Positions 9,860 to 18,879 of a stretch of 64,000 nt of DNA are shown here, in pieces. The number at the start of each line of letters is the position of its first letter. The first letter of the stretch is position 1. Under the pieces are notes generated by a model. That model was not told the DNA's origin. It did not search any database and saw only the letters and a program-made list of their open reading frames with translations. Made by a program: the position numbers and the translations under genes. The DNA is from Gemmatimonadales bacterium. GTDB lineage: Bacteria > Gemmatimonadota > Gemmatimonadetes > Gemmatimonadales > GWC2-71-9. The stretch lies in the NCBI GenBank assembly GCA_041577295.1, contig JBFGJG010000011.1, forward strand, positions 1 to 64,000. Direction: 5' to 3'.

Positions 9860-10933
9860 TTACGCGGCTGAGATCTGAGGACGGTCTTTGGGGATGGCGA
9901 CGATGGCGTTGGTGGGGCACTGGCGGAGGAACTCCGTGTCCACAGGATTCCATGTCTGTTCCGGTTGGGTCACGACCGCCTTACCGCGCTCGTCGAGCAC
10001 GAAGAGTCCCGGCGGTCCGTGAATCCGGCACGCGCCGCAGCCGATGCATCGGTCGCGCTCGACGCGTACCACGAATTCCCGGCGCGGGAACACACCACGC
10101 GCTCCCTTGGGGGGAATCGCTTCTTCGTCCTGCAGTAGCTCCAACGCCGCACGGTACCCCTCATCCAGCAACTCGCGCGAGTGCCGGAAGGAAAAGAGAC
10201 CGATATGATCCACCTGTGGTTGGATCAGGAGCAGAGGTGGGCGCTCCCACGTGCGTAGCGTGTTGATACGCATCGTTTGGATGCCAAATTCGATAGCCCG
10301 GGCATAGACGGCGGCGAACCCCATCTTGTGCACGTCACTGCGCAATGCCCCGCTCGATCCCACGTCCACGGCAAGCACCAGATCCCGATCGCGCGAGACG
10401 GTGGCGCGGATGGGAAGGTTGGAAACCGCAGCACCGTCCACAAAGTAACGCCCGCGTAGCTCGCGGGGCGGGAGGTAGCCGGGCAGCGCGCACGAGGCGA
10501 GCACCGCTTCCGCTACGGAGACGTCTGTGAGACCTGGAGACCCCCAGAAGACCTGCCGGCCGGTTGCCAGGTCTAGCGTATTGATGAGCAGCGGTCGCTT
10601 GAGCTCGCGGAAGGTGATGTCACCTAACAAGCCGTGCACGAAATGCTCGAGCGGCTCCCGACGGTAGAGCGCTGGAGAGCTCATGCGCTTGAGGGCCATG
10701 TCGCGGTGGGCAATGCGGAACAGGTCGCTGCGCTTGAGCTCGAGGGCTACGGTCGTCAGATCGGCCGGGGTCAAACCGGCGCACCACGCGGCGCCAACGA
10801 GTGCACCCACACTCGACCCCACGACATCGACCGGGAGTGTGTCGTACTCCTCGAGAGCTGCCAGGACCCCGATATGGGCGAGTCCTTTCATCCCTCCGCC
10901 ACCGAGCACCAGTGTGAATCGGCGTCCGCGCAA
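9860..10933 (-). CDS. Patatin-like phospholipase with C-terminal ferredoxin domain
   Basis: GGGGMKG, GSSVG nucleophile elbow, VDGA; C-terminal CIGCGAC...QCPTNAI. Confidence 0.88.
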   Translation of the reverse strand: MRGRRFTLVLGGGGMKGLAHIGVLAALEEYDTLPVDVVGSSVGALVGAAWCAGLTPADLTTVALELKRSDLFRIAHRDMALKRMSSPALYRREPLEHFVHGLLGDITFRELKRPLLINTLDLATGRQVFWGSPGLTDVSVAEAVLASCALPGYLPPRELRGRYFVDGAAVSNLPIRATVSRDRDLVLAVDVGSSGALRSDVHKMGFAAVYARAIEFGIQTMRINTLRTWERPPLLLIQPQVDHIGLFSFRHSRELLDEGYRAALELLQDEEAIPPKGARGVFPRREFVVRVERDRCIGCGACRIHGPPGLFVLDERGKAVVTQPEQTWNPVDTEFLRQCPTNAIVAIPKDRPQISAA

Positions 10934-10950
10934 ACCTGGACTCCTCTTCG

Positions 10951-12240
10951 TTGACCGTCATCGAGCAACCTGAGAGCCGACGCATCGTAGCCACGATACC
11001 CCTCGCTCCACTACCTTATCCGCTACTACCCCACACACTCAATTGGTTGCCCGTGTCCGAACCGCGTAGCACCGCGACAAGTCACGACGACGCTACATCC
11101 CAATTTCTTCGGCTCCGCACCACGGAGTATCCGTGGACGGATCGCGTGACGTACCTCAACAACGCAAGTATCGGGCCATTGCCAGAGCGTACACGACGTG
11201 CGCTCGAAGCGTTTACTGCGAGACGCACGGCACCTCATTCATTTCGCGATTCTGACCTCGCCGACGTACTGGAGCAGGCGCGTTTGCACGCTGCCCGGCT
11301 CATCAATGCGGACGTCACGGAGATCGGTCTGGCCACCAATACCAGCTACGGATTGAACATTGCGGCGGCTGGGCTGCCGGTCGTATCCGGGGAGATCGTC
11401 ATCCTGCCCGACGCAGAGTTTCCGGCGAACGTCTACCCGTGGCTCAAGCTCCGCGAACGCGGCGTGGTCGTGGAGCGGGTACCGCTGAACGCGGCCGGCT
11501 GGCCCGATGAGGAGCGTATCCTCGAACGTCTGAGAGATCCTCGAGTCCGTGTTCTCGCCATCTCACTCGTGCAGTTTGCCAGCGGGTTTCGCGCGGACTT
11601 GGAGCGCCTCGGTGCGGCGGCTCGACAGAATGGGACTTTTGTCGTCGTGGATGCCATTCAGGGAATCGGTGCGGTTCCCTTCGATGTCGGGCGCACGCCG
11701 GTGGACGTGCTATCGTGTGGCGCCCAGAAATGGCTGCTGGCTCCGTGGGGTGGTGGGTTCTTCTATGTTCGACGCGAGTTACACGACGTGCTGCGTGCAC
11801 CATTTGGCGGATGGATGGCTTTCGAAGGCACCGACGATTTCACGAGGCTCACAACGTACGACATGACACCGCGTCCGGATGCGAGGCGGTATGAACTCGT
11901 CACCCTGCCGTTCCAGGACATGCTGGCAATGACGGAGAGCACGCGCCTGTTACTCGAGATCGGCATCGAGCGCATCGCGGAGCATTTACGGAGCGTACGT
12001 GAGCCGGTCTTGGAGGCCCAGCATCGAGGAGTGCTGGAGATCGTCTCGCCGCTGGATGAGCGTCACGACTCCGGCATCATCTGTATCCGTACCGGGGATA
12101 CTGGTGGAGCGTACCATTCGCTCAACCGCGCGGGTGTGGTGAGCGCGTTTCGGGAAGGTGTTATTCGATTGTCGCCGCACTGGTACAACACGCGGCAGGA
12201 GATCGAGCGGGTGATGGCAATTGTGGACGAATCGGGATGA
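10951..12240 (+). CDS. Class V PLP-dependent aminotransferase (cysteine desulfurase/selenocysteine lyase-like); true start probably downstream
   Basis: YLNNASIGP, NTSYGLN, EFPANVYPW, VVDAIQGIG, GAQKWLL, IRLSPHWYNT. Confidence 0.88.
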   Translation: MTVIEQPESRRIVATIPLAPLPYPLLPHTLNWLPVSEPRSTATSHDDATSQFLRLRTTEYPWTDRVTYLNNASIGPLPERTRRALEAFTARRTAPHSFRDSDLADVLEQARLHAARLINADVTEIGLATNTSYGLNIAAAGLPVVSGEIVILPDAEFPANVYPWLKLRERGVVVERVPLNAAGWPDEERILERLRDPRVRVLAISLVQFASGFRADLERLGAAARQNGTFVVVDAIQGIGAVPFDVGRTPVDVLSCGAQKWLLAPWGGGFFYVRRELHDVLRAPFGGWMAFEGTDDFTRLTTYDMTPRPDARRYELVTLPFQDMLAMTESTRLLLEIGIERIAEHLRSVREPVLEAQHRGVLEIVSPLDERHDSGIICIRTGDTGGAYHSLNRAGVVSAFREGVIRLSPHWYNTRQEIERVMAIVDESG

Positions 12241-12656
12241 GCTCGTGTGTTTTCTGCCAAATCGTTGGCGGGACGGCACCGGCGAGCCTCGTGTATGACG
12301 ATGAAGAAATTGTGGCGTTTCTCGATCTCTTCCCGGTGCACCCTGGGCACACGCTCGTGGTGCCACGGGTTCATGTGGAGGACCTGCGCACGTGCCCACT
12401 GCCGGTAGCGGGGCGGCTCTTCCGCGTGAGCGCCCAGTTGGCACCGGCGATTGTCAAGGCGACTGGCGCGGCGGGGTTCAACGTATGGACGGCGAACGGG
12501 AAAGCAGCCGGGCAGGAGATCTTCCATCTCCACCTCCACGTCCTCCCGCGCTTCGAGGACGATTCCTTTGGTCTGCGCTTTCCCAAGTCCTATCCCCGCG
12601 AGGCAGCGCGTCACGAGCTGGAGGTGTTGGCCGAGCGGATCAGATCGCAGGTGTGA
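12237..12656 (+). CDS. HIT family hydrolase
   Basis: CVFCQIV, PGHTLVVPRVH, AGQEIFHLHLHVLPR. Confidence 0.93.
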   Translation: MSSCVFCQIVGGTAPASLVYDDEEIVAFLDLFPVHPGHTLVVPRVHVEDLRTCPLPVAGRLFRVSAQLAPAIVKATGAAGFNVWTANGKAAGQEIFHLHLHVLPRFEDDSFGLRFPKSYPREAARHELEVLAERIRSQV

Positions 12657-13905
12657 AGATGAAGTCGGTCTTCTTGCCCCGACGGAGCCAGAGGTGACCG
12701 CCGGGGAGGAGATCGCTGGGCCCGGTTGACGCCTCGAGAGTGAGCGTGGTCCCGTTGAGCGAGATACCGCGTTGTGACAGGAGCCGACGGGCCTCACTCT
12801 TTGACTTCACCAGGGACGAGCTGGCTACCAGCTCCACCGCCGGGAGACCCGCTTCGAAATTTGGTGGTAGCGGTCCGTTGGGGAGTTCGGCCGCCAACGT
12901 ACGCCAGGTCGCATCACCCGCTTTGCGCGGGTCGAGCTCTCCGAAGATGATTCGGGATGCATCGCGCACCTGCTCGGCCAGTGCCGCGCCGTGGACGCCA
13001 CTCGTGACCTCCATGGCCAGCCGTTTGTGCGGAAGGCGCGCCCCAGGCTCCTTCTCGTGCCGGGTAATTGCGTCGGCAATCTCTTCTCGACCGAGGAACG
13101 TGAACACCTTCAGATAGCTCTCCACGTCCCGGTCGTCGACGTTGATCCAGAATTGGTAGAATCGGTACGGACTCGTCATCGATGGATCGAGCCACACGGC
13201 TCCATGTTCAGTTTTGCCAAACTTGGCGCCGGTCGAGGTCGTCACGAGGGGTGTGGCCAATCCGTGTGCTTCACCACTCACGACGCGGCGAATGAGCTCC
13301 GTTCCCGCAGTGATGTTCCCCCACTGGTCCGAGCCGCCCATCTGCAGCTCGCAGTTTCGCGATCGGTAGAGATGGAGGAAGTCGTACGCCTGGAGCAACA
13401 TGTAGCTGAACTCCGTGTAGGAAATGCCAGCGCTCATGCGCCCTTTGACGGACTCTTTCTGGAGCATGTAGTTGACCGTGAAGTGCTTGCCGATGTCTCG
13501 CAGGAAGGCAACGAGATTCAGCGATGTCAGCCACCCTGCATTGTCGAGCATCTCGGCATCGTGGGGGCCGCTGCCGAAATCGAGAAATTGTTCCAGTTGC
13601 CCGCGCTGACGGTCGGCGTTCTCCTGGACGGCGGATTCATCCAATAGCGGGCGCTCCCCGCGCTTCCCGCTGGGATCTCCGATGAGCCCGGTGCCACCTC
13701 CGAGGAGCACCAGCGGCTTGCCACCGGCGCGTTGCAGGTGCGCGAGCACCATGACCTGCACGAGGTTTCCGAGCTGGAGGCTCGGGGCAGTGGGGTCGAA
13801 GCCGATGTAGCCGGTGATGGAGCCGCGGGTCAGCCGTTCGGCGAGCCCCGGTGTTTGGTCGACAACCAGGCCGCGCCACCCGAGTTCCGGTAGGAAGGAC
13901 CGCAT
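12640..13905 (-). CDS. tyrS: Tyrosine--tRNA ligase
   Basis: YIGFDPTAPSL, IGDPSGK, EFSYMLLQAYDF, QMGGSDQWGNI, KFGKT, C-terminal S4-like domain. Confidence 0.97.
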   Translation of the reverse strand: MRSFLPELGWRGLVVDQTPGLAERLTRGSITGYIGFDPTAPSLQLGNLVQVMVLAHLQRAGGKPLVLLGGGTGLIGDPSGKRGERPLLDESAVQENADRQRGQLEQFLDFGSGPHDAEMLDNAGWLTSLNLVAFLRDIGKHFTVNYMLQKESVKGRMSAGISYTEFSYMLLQAYDFLHLYRSRNCELQMGGSDQWGNITAGTELIRRVVSGEAHGLATPLVTTSTGAKFGKTEHGAVWLDPSMTSPYRFYQFWINVDDRDVESYLKVFTFLGREEIADAITRHEKEPGARLPHKRLAMEVTSGVHGAALAEQVRDASRIIFGELDPRKAGDATWRTLAAELPNGPLPPNFEAGLPAVELVASSSLVKSKSEARRLLSQRGISLNGTTLTLEASTGPSDLLPGGHLWLRRGKKTDFIFTPAI

Positions 13906-13992
13906 TGGCGCGAAGGTTAACGTCCTCCAAAGAGCGCTGGCAAGCGGTGGGGGGCGAAACTACGTTTCGGATGTCCGTGAAGAACTTGGTGC

Positions 13993-16149
13993 GTGCTGAA
14001 GGGAATACCGATGCGCTTGAATGGCGGATTCATGAACAGTGGTCTCTGGGGGGTGCTGCTCCTCGCTGGTCTCGTGACCGGGGGGCTTGGGACCGGTGTG
14101 ATGGTGGGCTCGTGGACCCGTGCCTGTGCCGGCAACGCGTGTCCGTCGATCGTGCAGCTCGAAGGGTACCGGCCGACCCAAGCCGCCAAGGTGTACGCCG
14201 CAGACGGCCGCCTCATTACGGAGCTCGGCGTCGAGCGACGGACCGTGCTCAGCTTCGAAGAGATCACCCCTGCGCTACGCGCCGCGTTCATTGCCGTCGA
14301 GGATAAGCGGTTCTACGAGCATGGGGGTATCGACTACCGGCGCATTCTAGGAGCGGTCAAGGCCAATCTGCTGTCGTTCAGCTATGCCGAGGGTTTCTCC
14401 ACGATCTCCATGCAGCTCGCACGGAACATCTTCCCGGATGATCTACCGAGCACCAAGTCGATTCGCCGCAAGGTTCGCGAGATGCGCGTCGCCCTCGAAC
14501 TCGAGCGCACATACAACAAGGACCGCGTGCTCGAGCTCTATCTCAATCAGATCTACCTGGGTGGGAGCGCGTACGGGGTGGAAGCGGGCGCGCGGCGCTA
14601 CTTCGGGACATCCGCCAAAGAGGTCAATCCAGCGGAAGCAGCGCTCCTCGCCGCCATCGCCAACGTGCCAGGACGCTATGATCCGCGCCGCTTCCCCGAC
14701 CGGGCACTCCAGCGACGCAACCTGGTCCTCAACCTCATGCGCGATCAGGGGTATTTGAGTCGCGAGGAGGCGGAGCGGTGGAAAGCGTATCCCATCCAGC
14801 TGAGCTCACGCGAGGATTTCCAGGACGTCGCTCCCTACTTCGTGGAGTGGGTGCGGCAGCAGATGTACGATCGGTTCAGTGCGAGGCTCTACGAGCGCGG
14901 CTTTCGGATTTACACGACCCTGGATCTCGACATGCAGGTGGCAGCCGAGCGAGCGCTGGAAGAGCAGCTCGAACGCATCGAGAGCGGGGACTTGGGGGCG
15001 TACCGACACACGACGTATCAAGAGTTTTTAGAGACGGAAACGGAGCGTACCGGCAAGCTGCAGCAGACTCCCTACCTTCAGGGTGCGCTCGTGACACTGG
15101 ACGCCAAAACGGGATACGTTCGCGCGCTCGTTGGCGGTCGGGACTACAGTCACTCGGAGTTCAACCGCGCAACCCAGGCGCAACGTCAGGCGGGTTCGAC
15201 ATTCAAGCCGTTTGTGTTCACGGCAGCGGTACGGGCGGGCCGTACGGCCGCCTACATCGTCGATGACAAGCCGGTCAGTCTCATGCAGAACGACACGCTG
15301 CCGTGGGAACCGCAAAACTTCGACGATCAGTATCTCGGACCGATGACGCTTCGGCGCGGGCTCACGCTCTCGCGCAACCTGGTGGCAATTCGGCTCGGGA
15401 TGGAGCTGGGTGTGCGCACCGTGGTCGGCGAAGCCGCACGGTTTGGACTCTCGACGCCGCTCCCGGCGTTTCCGTCGCTCTACATCGGTTCGGCCGATGT
15501 GCTCCCTATCGAGATGGCGTCTGCCTACTCGACATTTGCGACCCTGGGCTCGCGCGCCGCGCCCGGGGGCATCCTCCGGGTGGAGGATGCCGACGGCAAT
15601 ATCATCTGGGAGCCGCAGGTACGGAGGGACGAGCTCATCGATCGTGATCGTGCGTGGATTCTCACGAGCATGATGGAGGATGTGGTGAATCGGGGGACCG
15701 CGTACACCGCGGTGCGGCTGCTGGGAGGTTTCAAGCATCCGGCAGGTGGGAAAACCGGGACCACCAACGATGGCACAGACGTGTGGTTCATCGGCTTCAC
15801 CTCGGAGTTTGTCAGCGCCGTGTGGATGGGGTTTGATCAGCCACGCAAGATCATCGTGAACGCGGCCGGTGGACGTCTCGCTGCACCTGCTTGGGCGGCG
15901 TATATGAATGAGGTGTACGAGCGCCGGGCGGCCCCAGCGGGTTGGGACCGGCCGGCGTCGCTCATTGCGCGGGAGATCGATAATACGACCGGCCTTCTTA
16001 CCACCGCGTTCTGTCCGCGACAAGAACGGCGTTGGGAGTGGTTCATCCCCGGCTCGGAGCCGGTCGAGCGGTGCCCGATTCACAATCCATTCCTGCGAGG
16101 TGTCTCGCTCGCCCCGGGAGGGGACGTCCGCCCGAGCGGACAGCGCTGA
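13993..16149 (+). CDS. Class A penicillin-binding protein (PBP1A family); start uncertain
   Basis: Transglycosylase motifs EDKRFYEHGG, GFSTISMQLARN, RKVRE, LELYLN; transpeptidase STFK, SRN, KTGT. Confidence 0.94.
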   Translation: MLKGIPMRLNGGFMNSGLWGVLLLAGLVTGGLGTGVMVGSWTRACAGNACPSIVQLEGYRPTQAAKVYAADGRLITELGVERRTVLSFEEITPALRAAFIAVEDKRFYEHGGIDYRRILGAVKANLLSFSYAEGFSTISMQLARNIFPDDLPSTKSIRRKVREMRVALELERTYNKDRVLELYLNQIYLGGSAYGVEAGARRYFGTSAKEVNPAEAALLAAIANVPGRYDPRRFPDRALQRRNLVLNLMRDQGYLSREEAERWKAYPIQLSSREDFQDVAPYFVEWVRQQMYDRFSARLYERGFRIYTTLDLDMQVAAERALEEQLERIESGDLGAYRHTTYQEFLETETERTGKLQQTPYLQGALVTLDAKTGYVRALVGGRDYSHSEFNRATQAQRQAGSTFKPFVFTAAVRAGRTAAYIVDDKPVSLMQNDTLPWEPQNFDDQYLGPMTLRRGLTLSRNLVAIRLGMELGVRTVVGEAARFGLSTPLPAFPSLYIGSADVLPIEMASAYSTFATLGSRAAPGGILRVEDADGNIIWEPQVRRDELIDRDRAWILTSMMEDVVNRGTAYTAVRLLGGFKHPAGGKTGTTNDGTDVWFIGFTSEFVSAVWMGFDQPRKIIVNAAGGRLAAPAWAAYMNEVYERRAAPAGWDRPASLIAREIDNTTGLLTTAFCPRQERRWEWFIPGSEPVERCPIHNPFLRGVSLAPGGDVRPSGQR

Positions 16150-16619
16150 TTGTCTCGGTCCGTGTCCGTGGTGCAAGGGGAAACGTTACAGGAGGTGCCG
16201 GAAGCGGGTGGGCAAAAATGACGCGTAGCGCGCTAGGCCGGGTGTCGTAGTGATCCCGCTCGCCCCTCCCTGACGAGGTCCCTACCAGGCGGTAGGGTGC
16301 CCAACGCGCTACGCTTGTCGTTCGAATGAACACTACGCGGCGGGGGCTTCGCGGTTTCAACGCCGCCTGCGCAGTCATCTCCTTAGATGCCCCCGGCGCT
16401 CGCATGGTTGCACGACTCCCGCCCAGACCGCCGTTGCCGTTGGAAACGAGCCGCCTCAGCACGCCTCGGGTCCCGCCAAATGGCTGACCCAGCGCAACAC
16501 CGTGCGTGAAGGATCGTGCAGGGAAGTGGTCTTGATGCCCTGGTTACGGGGTTGGTCGTGGCGGTGTAAGATTATGTGCGGAAGTGAGATAGGGACATGA
16601 GGCAGATCTCTGTCATCCC

Positions 16620-16635
16620 CGGCACGCGGGTTGCC
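16620..16635 (+). promoter_or_regulatory. Candidate sigma54 (-24/-12) promoter for pilin unit 1
   Basis: CGGCACGCGGGTTGCC = GG-N10-GC with GGCACG and TTGC cores, about 90 nt upstream of the ATG at 16722. Confidence 0.7.
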
Positions 16636-16721
16636 GCGATCATTCATAGCACCGTCGGCGGAAGTCCGTGGCTGGGGTGGGGTTGCAGGGACGCTGGCGC
16701 GTCGCACCTTTGGAGATATCC

Positions 16722-17306
16722 ATGAATTCACGGTGCAGCACCGGACTCCGCTCCCGCGGTGGCTTCACGCTCATTGAGGTGGTGATCGTGGCGGTCGTCA
16801 TCGGTCTGCTTGCCGTCATTGCACTCCCCAACATCGATCTGTCCCGCTACCGGATAGACAACGGCATGCGCAGCATCGGGACCGGCTTGCAAGCCGCCCA
16901 GCGCCGTGCAGTTACCCGGCAGCACGATGTCATCGTGCTGATGGACGTCACCAATCAGATCATTCGCGTGCACGAGGACGTGAACAACAACCAGCAACAG
17001 GATACCGACGAGCTGGTGCGCGCGATTCCGATGGGCGATCAGGTCGCCATCGGGCAGGGTAGTGCCCCGAACCATCCGATCGGGGCCGGTCCGGTCACGT
17101 TCACCAAGCGGGTCGCGGGTGTTCCCGCGATCACGTTTCACCGTAACGGTGCGGCGAGCGAGCGCGGCGGGCTCTACCTTACGTCACAGCGTGCCATCAA
17201 CACGGGCGCCCACCCAGATGACAGCCGGCTCCTCGAGATTGAGCGGGCCACGGGTCGAGTCTCGTGGTGGCGCTATCTCGATGGCTCGTGGCGGAGGGAG
17301 TTCTGA
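16722..17306 (+). CDS. Type IV minor pilin / pseudopilin, FimT/GspH-like (set A)
   Basis: Class III signal RGG|FTLIEVVIV; C-terminal ITFHRNG and IERATGRV. Confidence 0.85.
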   Translation: MNSRCSTGLRSRGGFTLIEVVIVAVVIGLLAVIALPNIDLSRYRIDNGMRSIGTGLQAAQRRAVTRQHDVIVLMDVTNQIIRVHEDVNNNQQQDTDELVRAIPMGDQVAIGQGSAPNHPIGAGPVTFTKRVAGVPAITFHRNGAASERGGLYLTSQRAINTGAHPDDSRLLEIERATGRVSWWRYLDGSWRREF

Positions 17307-17686
17307 TGCGGCGATCGAGGGGGTTCACGCTCATCGAGATCATGATCGCGCTCGTGATCCTGACCGTTGTGATTCTCGGGCTTGCCACCGCCACCGCGAC
17401 CGTCGTCCACGTGGTTACTCTGAGCGACCGCAACGCCGTTGCGATCCAGCTGGCCGACAGCCGCATCGAAGAGATTCAGATGAATCCCAACTACAACGCG
17501 CTCGATTCAGCGTACGCAGGGACCGAGAGCAGCTTTCCCAATCATCCGGGTTACACGCGTGAGACGCGAATCGTGCGGGTTGGGGGACTCGGCCAGTCGC
17601 AGGACCACAAGAAGGTCACCGTGATCGTCAACGGCCCGGGATTATCACAACCCATCTCCCGCAGCATCACGGTCGCGGCACCATGA
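17306..17686 (+). CDS. Type IV minor pilin, PilV/GspI-like (set A)
   Basis: SRG|FTLIEIMIAL; small (126 aa); TGATG coupling to the upstream gene. Confidence 0.85.
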   Translation: MRRSRGFTLIEIMIALVILTVVILGLATATATVVHVVTLSDRNAVAIQLADSRIEEIQMNPNYNALDSAYAGTESSFPNHPGYTRETRIVRVGGLGQSQDHKKVTVIVNGPGLSQPISRSITVAAP

Positions 17687-18861
17687 GACAAACCTCCGTG
17701 GGTTCGGCTCGCAGTGGAATGACGATCATCGAGATGATGGTGGCGATGGGGGTGTTCCTTCTCGTGATCGCCGGCGCGTTCGCGGTTCTCCGGTCGGAAA
17801 GCCGTGGGATGCGTCTCGGGTCGGAGCGCGCGCATGCGTTGCAGAATCTGCGGTTCGCCGCCAACGCGCTCGAGCAGGACCTCCGCACCATGGGGGCCAA
17901 CGTGCCAGACGATCAGCCATTCCTGGTGTACGCCGGAGCGCAGGTGGTGGCGTTCAACGCCGATTACGCGACCAACTTGGTGGACGATCCCTATGCCGTT
18001 TACAAAGATCCGGATGCGCCAAGCGGCTCGGTGACCGCGCTGACGGCGGGCCAGCGGATCACCATTCCACTGTCATCGTTCGGCTATCCGGATACGAATT
18101 ACACTGGACTTGGCGGCATCACCAACAGTCCCGCCGAGACGCTCATCTTTTTCTTCGACCAGGATACGTCGACCACACGAGCGGACGATTACGTACTCTA
18201 TAAACAGATCAACCAGGATCCGGCGGACATCGTCTCCCGCAACATCCTCCAGACTCCGGGGATTCCGTTTTTCGAGTACCACTGGTTACGAGACCCACCG
18301 AGCTCCCCGGCATTTGTGGAACCGGTACCGGCGGACTCCCTCCCGCTCGCACATTCCGCCCCCATCCACGGGAGCGTTGCCGATACGGGTCGGGCCGCGT
18401 TGATCGACAGCGTTCGCGGAGTACGTATCAGCTTTACGGTGACCAATGGTCGCAGCGGCGACGACGAGCAATTGCGGTCGATCTCGCGGCTCGTTCGCTT
18501 TCCCAATGCCGGACTCGCCGTCAAGCGCACCTGTGGTGACGAGCCCATTCTTGGCGTTCCACTCATCGGGGCGCCGGGTGTTGATGTCAACGGCGATCCC
18601 ATTATTACGTTGACCTGGAATCAAGCGGTCGACGAAGGGGGTGGGGAACTGGACGTGTCGCGCTACGTACTCTGGCGGCGTGTAGCCGGTGCGCCCGATT
18701 GGGGGGATCCCTATCTGAGCATTCCGCCTGGCAACCCAGCGTATACGTACGTCGATGGCGACGTGGCATCCGGCGATTCGTTCGAGTACGCTTTGGCGGC
18801 CCAGGATTGCACACCATCACTCTCTCCAGTGGCCATCGCGGGACCGATCGCGGTACCCTAA
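17683..18861 (+). CDS. Type IV minor pilin, PilW/GspJ-like, with C-terminal fibronectin-III-like domain (set A)
   Basis: RSG|MTIIEMMVA, LEQDLRTMG; C-terminal ITLTW...YVLWRR...YTYVD...FEYALAA pattern. Confidence 0.8.
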   Translation: MRQTSVGSARSGMTIIEMMVAMGVFLLVIAGAFAVLRSESRGMRLGSERAHALQNLRFAANALEQDLRTMGANVPDDQPFLVYAGAQVVAFNADYATNLVDDPYAVYKDPDAPSGSVTALTAGQRITIPLSSFGYPDTNYTGLGGITNSPAETLIFFFDQDTSTTRADDYVLYKQINQDPADIVSRNILQTPGIPFFEYHWLRDPPSSPAFVEPVPADSLPLAHSAPIHGSVADTGRAALIDSVRGVRISFTVTNGRSGDDEQLRSISRLVRFPNAGLAVKRTCGDEPILGVPLIGAPGVDVNGDPIITLTWNQAVDEGGGELDVSRYVLWRRVAGAPDWGDPYLSIPPGNPAYTYVDGDVASGDSFEYALAAQDCTPSLSPVAIAGPIAVP

Positions 18862-18879
18862 GTGAGGAGGCGCACCCCA

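Noticed and set aside
16270..16305. CTGACGAG followed by a hairpin as a hammerhead ribozyme
   Set aside because: The required GAAA after stem II is missing (reads CCAAC).
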